Positions 29,936-38,625 of a stretch of 64,000 bases of DNA are shown piece after piece. Under the pieces are notes generated by a model that was given only the letters and a program-made list of their open reading frames with translations, had not been told where the DNA came from and searched no databases. The DNA comes from Lentisphaeria bacterium. GTDB taxonomy: Bacteria; Verrucomicrobiota; Lentisphaeria; JABSQK01; JAWLHB01. The DNA lies in NCBI GenBank assembly GCA_041690595.1, contig JAWLHB010000005.1, positions 124,001-188,000 of the forward strand, in the 5' to 3' direction. Both the position numbers and the translations under genes were made by a program. The first letter of the stretch is position 1; every line of letters starts with the position of its first letter.

Positions 29936-31815
29936 TCATCACCATTGCCAGCGGAAAAGGAGGCACCGGAAAGACGACCTTCGCCGTCAACCTGGCCCAC
30001 GTTCTGGCCGAAAGGGAGGCTTCCCGCCCCTCCGAACTGCGCCGTGCCGTCCGCCTGCTCGACTGTGACGTCGAAGAGCCCAATGATCACCTCTTCGTTC
30101 ACCCCGACTTCTCCGAAGAATCGCCGGTCACCGTCCCCAAGCCGGTCTGGAACGAATCCCTCTGCACCGCCTGCGGTGCGTGTGCCGAGGTCTGCAACTA
30201 CAACGCCATCGCCGTGCTCAAGAAGAAGGTGCTGATCTTCAACGAGCTTTGTCATTCCTGCGGCGCTTGCACCTACATCTGCCCGGTAGATGCGCTGACG
30301 GAAGAGGAGACCACCATCGGCTCCGTCCAGGCAGCTCCCGCCAACCAGCCCTTCTATTTCGCTCACGGACTCCTCAATATCGGCGAATCCCTCGCGCCCA
30401 ACGTCGTTCATGCCGTTAAGTCCCACCTCGATCCCCAGGCAATCAACATCATCGATGCATCGCCGGGAACCGCCTGCCCGGTGGTCGAAGCTGTACGCGG
30501 AGCGGATGTTGTGCTCCTCGTCACGGAGCCGACCCCCTTCGGTCTCAACGACCTCAAGCTCGCCGTAGGCCTGACGCTCAAGCTGGGCGTGCCGACGGCC
30601 ATCGTCATCAACCGCTCGGATGGCAGCGACGGGATCATTGCCGATTACGCGGCCAGGGTCGGACTCCCCATTGCCGGCCGCATTCCCTTTCGGCGGGACT
30701 ATGCGGAAGCTTACGCCGAAGGTACCATCCTCGCCACCCGCTTCCCGGAACTGCGCGAGAATCTGCTCGCCATCTTCGACACGCTGGCCGCCGCCTGCCC
30801 CCCGGAACCCATATCCGAACCCTTCGAACTCACCCCGGGAAAGCATTCCCCCTTTCAAACCGGCACGGCCGAAAACCACCAGGAAATTGTCGTCATCAGC
30901 GGCAAGGGTGGCACCGGCAAGACCACCGTCGTAGCCGCGCTCGCTCACCTCGCCCACAACAAGCTCCTGGCCGACAACGACGTCGACGCCGCCGACCTCC
31001 ACCTCCTGCTGGAGCCCAACGTGCGGGAAATCCACGATTTCATCGGCGGAACCAAGGCGACCATCGACCCCGAAAAGTGCTTCGCCTGCGGAAAATGCGC
31101 CGAAGCATGCCATTTCCACGCCATTCAGCTCGACGGCCCCGCCACGGACGTCGTCGCCAAGACCTATCGCATCGAACCCCTCGCCTGCGAGGGCTGCGGA
31201 CTCTGCCTGCTCGTCTGCCCGGCGGACGCCATCGAGGGGCATCGCAACATCGCCGGCAAATGGTACGTATCCGGTACCGACCACGGCCCCATGGTACACG
31301 CCCGACTCGGCATCGCCGAAGAAAACTCCGGCAGACTCGTTGCTCAGGTTCGCCAACAGGCGCAGGACCTCGCAACCTCCCTTCACCACGGCCTCATCCT
31401 CGGTGATGGCCCCCCTGGCACCGGTTGCCCCGTCATCGCCTCCGTCTCCGGAACGGACCTCGTCGTCATCGTCACCGAGCCGACCGTTTCCGGCGTGCAT
31501 GACCTCGTCCGCGTGATGCAACTGGCCGGACACTTCGGGGTCCCCACCGCAATCGTCATCAACAAGGCGGATCTCAACAGTGACCAAGCCAGACGAATCG
31601 AGGAAATCGCCCTGGCGCGGGGCTCGCGCGTCGTCGGCAGAATCCCGTTCGACCGCACCGTCAACGACGCCCTGATGGCAAGCAAGTCGGTCATCGAGTA
31701 TGGCCCCAGCCTCGCCGCCACCGCCATTCGAGAAGCCTGGCAGATCCTCCAGGATATCCTGGCAAACAGCTCAGAACAACCCTATCCACAACTCAATCAG
31801 GAGACAGAACCATGA
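29932..31815 (+). CDS. Fusion of two MinD/CobQ-like P-loop ATPases, each with an inserted 2x[4Fe-4S] ferredoxin
   Basis: Two SGKGGTGKTT motifs; DCDVEEPN and DNDVDAAD; four CxxCxxCxxxC motifs; two PGTxCPV and TEPT motifs; single ORF. Confidence 0.9.
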   Translation: MIITIASGKGGTGKTTFAVNLAHVLAEREASRPSELRRAVRLLDCDVEEPNDHLFVHPDFSEESPVTVPKPVWNESLCTACGACAEVCNYNAIAVLKKKVLIFNELCHSCGACTYICPVDALTEEETTIGSVQAAPANQPFYFAHGLLNIGESLAPNVVHAVKSHLDPQAINIIDASPGTACPVVEAVRGADVVLLVTEPTPFGLNDLKLAVGLTLKLGVPTAIVINRSDGSDGIIADYAARVGLPIAGRIPFRRDYAEAYAEGTILATRFPELRENLLAIFDTLAAACPPEPISEPFELTPGKHSPFQTGTAENHQEIVVISGKGGTGKTTVVAALAHLAHNKLLADNDVDAADLHLLLEPNVREIHDFIGGTKATIDPEKCFACGKCAEACHFHAIQLDGPATDVVAKTYRIEPLACEGCGLCLLVCPADAIEGHRNIAGKWYVSGTDHGPMVHARLGIAEENSGRLVAQVRQQAQDLATSLHHGLILGDGPPGTGCPVIASVSGTDLVVIVTEPTVSGVHDLVRVMQLAGHFGVPTAIVINKADLNSDQARRIEEIALARGSRVVGRIPFDRTVNDALMASKSVIEYGPSLAATAIREAWQILQDILANSSEQPYPQLNQETEP

Positions 31816-32201
31816 CTATCGCGGTAACAGCCTCAGGAAAAACCATCGACGATCAGATGGACCCCAGATTCGGCCGGTGCGGCTACTTCCTCCTTATCGA
31901 TCCCGAAACCATGACCGTAACGCCCCTCGCCAATCCCAGTCAATCCATGGGCGGCGGAGCCGGTATTCAAGCCGCGCAGTTGATGGCAGAACGCGGCGTA
32001 AAAGCCGTCCTGACCGGTAATTGCGGCCCCAACGCCTACCGCACGCTGGAAGCGGCCGGCATCGAGGTCATCGTCGGCCTCAGCGGCCGCGTCCGCCAGG
32101 CCGTCGAGAACTATCGCGCAGGCGCCCTGGCAGCCACCCAAAAACCCAGCGTAGACAGCCACCACGGCAGGAACAGCGGCGCAAATGCAGGCAACTCTTG
32201 A
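31812..32201 (+). CDS. NifB/NifX family 'orange protein'-like
   Basis: IAVTA..DPRFGRC..GAGIQAAQ..LTGNCGPNA. Confidence 0.9.
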   Translation: MTIAVTASGKTIDDQMDPRFGRCGYFLLIDPETMTVTPLANPSQSMGGGAGIQAAQLMAERGVKAVLTGNCGPNAYRTLEAAGIEVIVGLSGRVRQAVENYRAGALAATQKPSVDSHHGRNSGANAGNS

Positions 32202-32229
32202 GCCTGCGCCAGCCTTAAAGGCCACCCCC

Positions 32230-33909
32230 ATGTCCAATGCCCCCCATCATCTGCTGCCAGTTCAGGAAGATCTGGAGTTCCACGGAACCACGATCTGCCC
32301 CGGGATTGTGATCGGCCACGCATATGTGGTGGACATTGATATGTCATGGTCCGGTGAACCCATAGCCGCTGATCAGGTGGAGACTGAACTCCGTCGCTAC
32401 GCGAATGCCGTCGCCACGGCCAAGGATCGACTTGTCGCACACGTCAGAAACGCCCATGGACACTCCCTTCCCGAAGTGAAGGCCATCCTCGACATTCACC
32501 ACGCAATGCTCGACGATGACTCGTTTCATGAGCGGGTTCGCAAGTTGATCGCAGATCGGCGAATGACCGCGGAATGGTCTCTGCACGAGGTGACCGTCTC
32601 CGTCATGGCACAGTTCAACGCCATGCGAGATCCCTACTTCCAGGCCAGGGGCGAGGACGTTCGTGACATGGCACATCAGTTGATCTCGCTCCTCACGGGC
32701 GGGAAGCGTAAAGCCACCTCGCCGGGTAAAGACTCGATCTTCGTCTCCCGCCACCTTCATACATCAGATGCCTTCAACCTGCAGCGTATCCATGGCTTGG
32801 CCTTCGTCAGCGAGAGCCGTGCCCTCACCTCCCATGCCGCGATTCTGCTCAAAGGTTTTGGCGTCCCCACCATCGGAAATGCTCAGACGCTCCTGTCGCA
32901 TGTCTGCAGCGGCACCAGGATGATCGTCGATGGAACTGAAGCCCTCGCCATCCTCAACCCGTCGGCGAAGTCTATCGCGGACTATCAGGCCAAGGCCCGT
33001 ACCGCCGACACCGTGCCGAAGCGTGCAAAATCCACCTTCCTGCTCGGGGACGGACAACGCATTACTCTGCAAGCCAACATCGAACACCCTGACCAAGTGC
33101 AGGCGATGCTGGCCGAGCACCTCCAGGGAATCGGCCTCTTTCGCACCGAGTTTCTGGTTGGGCAGAATGGATCGATTCCACCCGAGGAGGAACAAATCCG
33201 TATCTACCGGCAGGTTCTCGAAGCGGCGCATGGAAAAAGGGTGGTCATCCGCACATTCGACCTTGGCGGAGATAAACCACAGAGTCTGGGTGAACGCTGT
33301 TCTGGCCGAAACCCCTCCCTCGGATTGCGGGGCATACGCCGTCACCTCGCGGAGCAGAAAAGCGAGCTGCGTACACAACTGCGCGCCATCCTGCGCGCTT
33401 CGGTAGCCGGCAAGACGGCAATTCTCTTCCCCATGATCACCACCGTCGACGACGTGGTTGCAGCTTGCAACCAGGCTGACGAGGTGGGTGAGGAACTGAC
33501 AGCCGCCCACATTCCCTTCTCACGGGACGTCCCATGCGGCGCCATGATCGAAACCCCGGCGGCAGCCCTGGCACTGCCTGAGATCCTCCAACACGCCTCG
33601 TTCGTCAGCATCGGCACCAATGATCTGCTTCAGTACTTCATGGCCGCGGACAGAGACAATGAACTCGTGGCTCACTACAACAATCCCGCAAATCCCGCCT
33701 TCCTTCGATTCATGAAACACATCATCCAGGATGCCCGCCACGTCGGCCGCGAACGCGATGTGACCGTATGTGGCGAAGTCTCCGCTGACCCGGAGATACT
33801 CGCTCACCTCCTGAAGATGGGCTTCCGTACATTCAGCCTGGCTCCGCACTCGGCAACCCGTGTGCGTCAACTCTGTGATACTTTCGCCAAAAGGAGAAGA
33901 AAAACATGA
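32230..33909 (+). CDS. PEP-protein phosphotransferase (PTS enzyme I-like)
   Basis: TSHAAI phospho-His, GIGLFRTEF, IRTFDLGGDK, NPSLGLRGIR, MIETP, SIGTNDL and VCGE motifs. Confidence 0.9.
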   Translation: MSNAPHHLLPVQEDLEFHGTTICPGIVIGHAYVVDIDMSWSGEPIAADQVETELRRYANAVATAKDRLVAHVRNAHGHSLPEVKAILDIHHAMLDDDSFHERVRKLIADRRMTAEWSLHEVTVSVMAQFNAMRDPYFQARGEDVRDMAHQLISLLTGGKRKATSPGKDSIFVSRHLHTSDAFNLQRIHGLAFVSESRALTSHAAILLKGFGVPTIGNAQTLLSHVCSGTRMIVDGTEALAILNPSAKSIADYQAKARTADTVPKRAKSTFLLGDGQRITLQANIEHPDQVQAMLAEHLQGIGLFRTEFLVGQNGSIPPEEEQIRIYRQVLEAAHGKRVVIRTFDLGGDKPQSLGERCSGRNPSLGLRGIRRHLAEQKSELRTQLRAILRASVAGKTAILFPMITTVDDVVAACNQADEVGEELTAAHIPFSRDVPCGAMIETPAAALALPEILQHASFVSIGTNDLLQYFMAADRDNELVAHYNNPANPAFLRFMKHIIQDARHVGRERDVTVCGEVSADPEILAHLLKMGFRTFSLAPHSATRVRQLCDTFAKRRRKT

Positions 33910-34274
33910 GTGACAAGTCTTCCGATCCCATCCTCGCCACCGACGAAGATCCGTACTTCGGCAGGATGAACGACCCTACCTCAGCCGCCATTGTCAAAGG
34001 CATTTGCGGCGATCAGATGGAATTCTATCTGGTCATCCGCGACGATAGAATCGAGGACGTCCGCTACTGCTGCCACGGATGCGGCAACACGCGCTCGTGC
34101 GGTCGTGCCGTGGCCCGCCGTGCCAAAGGCCAGATGGTCACCGATGCCCTCTCCATCAGCGCCGGAGAGATCATCCGCTCCAGCGAATGCAGGCCGGGCG
34201 CGGGAAGGCATTGCGCCATCCTTGCGGTCACCACCCTCTATCGCGCCATCGCCGACTACCTGCTCGCCAACTGA
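33906..34274 (+). CDS. NifU N-terminal/IscU-like Fe-S scaffold protein
   Basis: CGD, GC and RHCA cysteine pattern. Confidence 0.8.
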   Translation: MSDKSSDPILATDEDPYFGRMNDPTSAAIVKGICGDQMEFYLVIRDDRIEDVRYCCHGCGNTRSCGRAVARRAKGQMVTDALSISAGEIIRSSECRPGAGRHCAILAVTTLYRAIADYLLAN

Positions 34275-34306
34275 AGCTGACAGCCACACAAGTCAAGACT
34301 CCAACC

Positions 34307-34657
34307 ATGCAACGCATCTTCCTCAAATCCAAACTCCACCTCGTCACCCTGACCGACACCCAGTTGAACTATGAGGGCAGTATCTCTCTGGACCGAAATC
34401 TGCTCGATGAAGCAGACATCCTGCCCGGCGAGCAGGTACATGTGCTCAACGCCAACACCGGCTCCCGCATCGTCACCTACGCGATCGAAGGGCCGCCCGG
34501 CTCTGGAATGGCCATGCTCAATGGACCGGCAGCTCGCGAAGGACAGCCCGGCGACCGCGTGATCGTCATTGCCTATTGCCAACTTACTCACAAGGAAGCC
34601 AGGACTCACCGTCCACATGTGGTTCTGGTGGACGAACAAAATCGATCAAGGAGTTGA
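34307..34657 (+). CDS. panD: Aspartate 1-decarboxylase
   Basis: LKSKLH, YEGS cleavage site, TYAI and LNGPAAR motifs. Confidence 0.92.
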   Translation: MQRIFLKSKLHLVTLTDTQLNYEGSISLDRNLLDEADILPGEQVHVLNANTGSRIVTYAIEGPPGSGMAMLNGPAAREGQPGDRVIVIAYCQLTHKEARTHRPHVVLVDEQNRSRS

Positions 34658-34667
34658 GGTCGACATC

Positions 34668-35450
34668 ATGGGTCATTATCGGACCACCCACACTGGCTCT
34701 TCAGACAGCCCATCGAACCGGCACCAGCCGCTGACACAACTCGGCGACCCGGACGATCTCCATGCCGCTCATTCCCTATACAACTTCGGGCCCATGGCAG
34801 CCACCTACGACCAGTGGTATGCGACAGCGGAAGGCAAGCGGCATGACGATGCTCAACGGGCTGCCCTCCGGCGGCTCCTGCCGCCCATGAAGCCGGGCGC
34901 CCGGTTGCTGGAGGTGGGGTGCGGTACGGGTCACTGGAGCCGCATCTTCGCCGGACTGGGTTACGAGGTCACGGGAGTCGACATCTCCCCCGAGATGATC
35001 CTGACGGCCAGATCCTATCACACACCAAACTGCCAGTTTGAACTCGCGGATGCCTGTCGACTGCCATCCGTGGTGCGCAAGTACAACGTCGTGGCGGCCA
35101 TGGCGACATTGGAATTCATCGACGATCAGCCGGGCGCGATCGCCGGCATGGCGCGCTGCAGGGCTGACGACGGCATCCTGCTGGTCGGTACCCTCAATGA
35201 ACGTGCTCCGCTGAACCGCGATCGGGTGGCAAAAGGCATACAGCCCTACGCTTCCGGACACCTGCTCACCCCGGCCGCGCTTTATTCGCTGCTGCGGCCA
35301 TACGGGCAGGTCAGCTTCGCCGAAGCCGATAGTAGCGCCCCCAGCGCATCCGGCCTCCTGGCCAGAATCCGCAAGTCAATTCGCCTGCATGCGGAGCACT
35401 CCTCCGCACCATTCATCATCGCCATGGCACAGCACCGGACAAGAAGATGA
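34668..35450 (+). CDS. Class I SAM-dependent methyltransferase
   Basis: LLEVGCGTG, GVDISPEM and ADACRLP motifs; GAGGT RBS before ATG 34668. Confidence 0.88.
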   Translation: MGHYRTTHTGSSDSPSNRHQPLTQLGDPDDLHAAHSLYNFGPMAATYDQWYATAEGKRHDDAQRAALRRLLPPMKPGARLLEVGCGTGHWSRIFAGLGYEVTGVDISPEMILTARSYHTPNCQFELADACRLPSVVRKYNVVAAMATLEFIDDQPGAIAGMARCRADDGILLVGTLNERAPLNRDRVAKGIQPYASGHLLTPAALYSLLRPYGQVSFAEADSSAPSASGLLARIRKSIRLHAEHSSAPFIIAMAQHRTRR

Positions 35451-35531
35451 ACAACAATCGCTGCCTGCTGCACAAACCACACCTCGGTTACGCTTCTGAC
35501 ACGCCACCGCACCAATCCTGGAATACACTCC

Positions 35532-37418
35532 ATGCCTGACACACAATTTCGGGTGACGTTTCAGCCTCAGGGCCGGGCCGTTCACATCCTGCGGAATACC
35601 ACCCTCATCGAAGCCGCCGCCAGCGCCGGCCTGGTGATCGATACGCCCTGCGGCGGCGCCGGAACATGCGGCAAATGCCGTGTCCAGATTTCCCAAGGGG
35701 CAGGCGAGCCAGCCAATGCGGAACGGCGCGCCTTCTCACCCGAGGAACTGGCTCACGGATGGCGCCTCGCGTGCCAGAGCCGTGTCGACTGTGACATGAT
35801 CGTTCAGGTGCCCGCCAGTTCGCTCTTCGGCGGCGGCCACCAGATTGCCGACGCTTCCACCGTCGGACGACCCACGGAAGTCATGCCGGCGATCCGCAAG
35901 GTCTGCGTGCAGCTCGATCCACCTACCCTCCAGGACGATACCCCGGACCTGCTTCGTCTCGAGGAAGCCATTGGCCCATTCAAGGCCGACCTGGCCGTCC
36001 TCCGCCGGGTACCCTGCATCTTGCGCTCCCAGCGCTTCCGGGGAACCGCCGTACTGGCAGACCATCGTCTCATCGATTTCGAACCCGGCGACACGTCCGC
36101 GCACTGTCTCGGAGTGGCATTCGATATTGGTACAACCACCATGGTCGCCGTCCTCCTGAACCTCTGCACCGGGCAGGAACTGGCGGTCACCTCGGGGATG
36201 AACCCCCAGGTGAGCTTCGGCGACGATGTCCTGTCGCGCATTCGCCACGCCTCTTCATGCCCACACTGCCTCGACGAACTCCGGCACATGGTGCTTGAAG
36301 AGACCAGAAGGATGATCCACCTCCTCTGCGAAAAGGCCGGCGTCGATGCCAACCATATTTATGAGGCCGCCTTTGCAGGAAACACCACCATGCAACACAT
36401 TATCTGCGGCGTCGATCCCACCCCGCTCGGAGAAGTACCCTTCGTTCCGGCCTACGCCCGTGGCCTCCTTCTCTCGGCACGCGACATGGAGATCCCCATC
36501 AACCCACACGGCATGGCTTATGTCTTCCCAGTCATTGGCGGATTTGTCGGCGGTGACACCGTCGCCGGCATGCTGGCTACCCAGATCGACAAGATGGAGG
36601 GCCCAGTCCTGATGGTGGACATCGGCACCAATGGCGAGATTGTCCTCTTTCATGACAATCAACTCTTCGCTGCCTCCACCGCCGCGGGCCCCGCCTTCGA
36701 AGGAGCACGAATCCATTGTGGCATGCGCGGCACACGCGGCGCTATCGAGAAGGTAGTGCTTGACGAGCAGCTCCATTTGGGTGTCATCGGCAACGTAGCA
36801 CCAATCGGGATCTGCGGTAGCGGCCTGATCGATCTGGTAGGAGAACTGTTGCGCTGCGGCATCGTCACCCGCGAGGGACGTCTCCTCTCACGCAAAGAAC
36901 TGCCTCCCGGACTCAGCCAGGCGCTGGCGGCTCGCCTCCAACCTGATGCACAGGGGCGCACCGAGTTCGTATTGGCTGATGGCGATGGCGGCTCGGGGCG
37001 GCGGGCTATCGCACTCACCCAGCGCGACATTCGGGAGTTGCAGCTTGGCTGTGGAGCCATCCGCGCTGGCATTACCATCCTGTTGAAACAGGCCGGACTG
37101 ACGCCTCAGGACCTCAAGGCTGTCCAGATTGCCGGTGGCTTCGGCAGTTTTATCCGTCGCAGCCAGGCACAGCGCATTGGCCTCATCCCTCCCGGCGTCG
37201 ATCACCGCCGTGTGCACTATGTGGGCAATGTCTCCCTCGCCGGCGCCCGCTGGGCCCTGCTTTCCGTCGAGGCACGAAAACATGCCGAAGACTTGGCCCG
37301 ACGCGCTCGACATGTCGAACTCTCTGTCGATGGCGACTTTCAGGCCGAATTCACCGAAGCAATGATCTTCCCAACTCTCCACGATCACGAAGGAGCAACC
37401 CCACTATGCCTGACCTGA
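35532..37418 (+). CDS. RACo / DUF4445 ASKHA ATPase with N-terminal [2Fe-2S] ferredoxin (reductive activator of corrinoid proteins)
   Basis: CGGAGTCGKC..RLACQ; DIGTTT, GNTTM, GGFVGGD, DIGTNGE, AGPAFEG, GICGSG and AGGFG motifs. Confidence 0.92.
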   Translation: MPDTQFRVTFQPQGRAVHILRNTTLIEAAASAGLVIDTPCGGAGTCGKCRVQISQGAGEPANAERRAFSPEELAHGWRLACQSRVDCDMIVQVPASSLFGGGHQIADASTVGRPTEVMPAIRKVCVQLDPPTLQDDTPDLLRLEEAIGPFKADLAVLRRVPCILRSQRFRGTAVLADHRLIDFEPGDTSAHCLGVAFDIGTTTMVAVLLNLCTGQELAVTSGMNPQVSFGDDVLSRIRHASSCPHCLDELRHMVLEETRRMIHLLCEKAGVDANHIYEAAFAGNTTMQHIICGVDPTPLGEVPFVPAYARGLLLSARDMEIPINPHGMAYVFPVIGGFVGGDTVAGMLATQIDKMEGPVLMVDIGTNGEIVLFHDNQLFAASTAAGPAFEGARIHCGMRGTRGAIEKVVLDEQLHLGVIGNVAPIGICGSGLIDLVGELLRCGIVTREGRLLSRKELPPGLSQALAARLQPDAQGRTEFVLADGDGGSGRRAIALTQRDIRELQLGCGAIRAGITILLKQAGLTPQDLKAVQIAGGFGSFIRRSQAQRIGLIPPGVDHRRVHYVGNVSLAGARWALLSVEARKHAEDLARRARHVELSVDGDFQAEFTEAMIFPTLHDHEGATPLCLT

Positions 37419-38272
37419 CCATTACCGTCCTTGTCGAGAACACCGTCGGACGCCCCGGCCTGCTGGGAGAGCACGGCCTCTCCCTCTGGATTGAGCTGGG
37501 CGCCATGCGTATTCTCTTCGATACGGGCCAGGGCGCGGTCCTGAAGCACAATGCCGAAAAGCTGGGCGTTCGCCTGGAATCCGCGGATGCCATCGTGCTT
37601 AGCCATGGCCACTACGACCATACAGGCGGCCTGCCGGATGCCCTGCGCGCCGCAAACCACCCCCGAATCTATGCTCACCCAGCTGCCTTCGGCGCCAGAT
37701 TCTCCCGCCATCTCAATGGCAGCGTCGTCGAGATCGGCATGCCCCCGCCGGCACGCCAGGCAATCGAAACCAAGGCGCAACTCATCCCCGTCGAGCGCCC
37801 AACCGAAATTGGCGAAGGACTCTGGCTGACCGGGCCGATTCCCCGGCTGAACACCTTCGAAAACACCGGCGGCGCCTTCTACCGCGACCCGAACTGCGAG
37901 AAAACCGATGAGTTGCCGGACGACCAGGCTCTCTTCATCGAGACGCCAGCCGGAACCGTGGTGATCCTTGGCTGCGCCCATTCAGGCGTCGTCAACACCC
38001 TCGCCTACATCCAGTCACTGACCGCGGATCGGCCGATCCACACGGTGATGGGCGGAATGCACCTGATCAACGCCAGTCCCGAACGGATGGCCGGTACCAC
38101 GCGCGAGCTGCGAAGCATGGGCGTGCAACGCCTGTTGCCATGCCACTGCACCGGCTTCGAGGCCATGGCTCGCCTCTGGGACGAGTTCTTCGGCAGATGC
38201 GCCGCCTGCCCCGTCGGCACCGTCGTCAAACTCCCCCTATGGCAGCCCATGCCATCCATTCCACACCGTTAA
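37406..38272 (+). CDS. MBL-fold metallo-hydrolase (COG1237-like)
   Basis: EHGLS, FDTG, SHGHYDHTGG, GCAHSG, GGMHL and CHCTG motifs. Confidence 0.92.
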   Translation: MPDLTITVLVENTVGRPGLLGEHGLSLWIELGAMRILFDTGQGAVLKHNAEKLGVRLESADAIVLSHGHYDHTGGLPDALRAANHPRIYAHPAAFGARFSRHLNGSVVEIGMPPPARQAIETKAQLIPVERPTEIGEGLWLTGPIPRLNTFENTGGAFYRDPNCEKTDELPDDQALFIETPAGTVVILGCAHSGVVNTLAYIQSLTADRPIHTVMGGMHLINASPERMAGTTRELRSMGVQRLLPCHCTGFEAMARLWDEFFGRCAACPVGTVVKLPLWQPMPSIPHR

Positions 38273-38322
38273 GGCGCTCTCCGAGCATGGGAGTCCCCAC
38301 CCGGCCATTGCCCGGACGTTTC

Positions 38323-38408
38323 ATCGTCCACTTCGTCCACTTCTTCCACTACGCCGCCGCTCCCTCCCCGCGTCCCGCCCTCCTGATCCGTCCGATCCGC
38401 CTGATCCG
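38323..38408 (+). repeat. Two 9-bp-period triads: (wTCkTCCAC)x3 and (yCyGATCCG)x3
   Basis: ATCGTCCAC TTCGTCCAC TTCTTCCAC at 38323-38349; CCTGATCCG TCCGATCCG CCTGATCCG at 38382-38408. Confidence 0.85.
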
Positions 38409-38435
38409 CGTCCCTCCGCCCCCCCCGCCGTTTAT

Positions 38436-38603
38436 CTCTCCACCACAAAACAAAGCCCCATCCTGTCCCCTCTTCGTGCTCTTCGTGTACTTCGTGGTAA
38501 TATTCTCACCCCTTTAACAACCTTTTGTCCTCCTTCCATCCTCCCTGCACTGAGCCGCCAAAAACCTCTTCCTCAGTGACCTCTGAGACCTCTGTGGCAA
38601 ACA
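38436..38603 (+). repeat. Direct repeat copy A (~165 bp) containing (nnCTTCGTG)x3 and (CCTCwGwGr)x3 triads
   Basis: Aligns by eye with 40738-40901; 36-bp identical block 38568-38603 = 40866-40901. Confidence 0.92.
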
Positions 38604-38625
38604 TCCCGCCGTCCCGCCGGGCCAC

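Noticed and set aside
38140..38517. ORF with periodic peptides (FIVHFVHFFH, LIRPIRLIR, LFVLFVYFVV); similarly 40390..40884
   Set aside because: The periodicity is a by-product of the 9-bp DNA repeats. The ORFs overlap real genes and have no RBS or family support.
38511..38540. CTTTAACAAC in both repeats resembles the XerD arm of dif
   Set aside because: Only a partial arm match and no XerC arm at the 6-bp spacing. The same applies to GGATGTTAACC at 16702.
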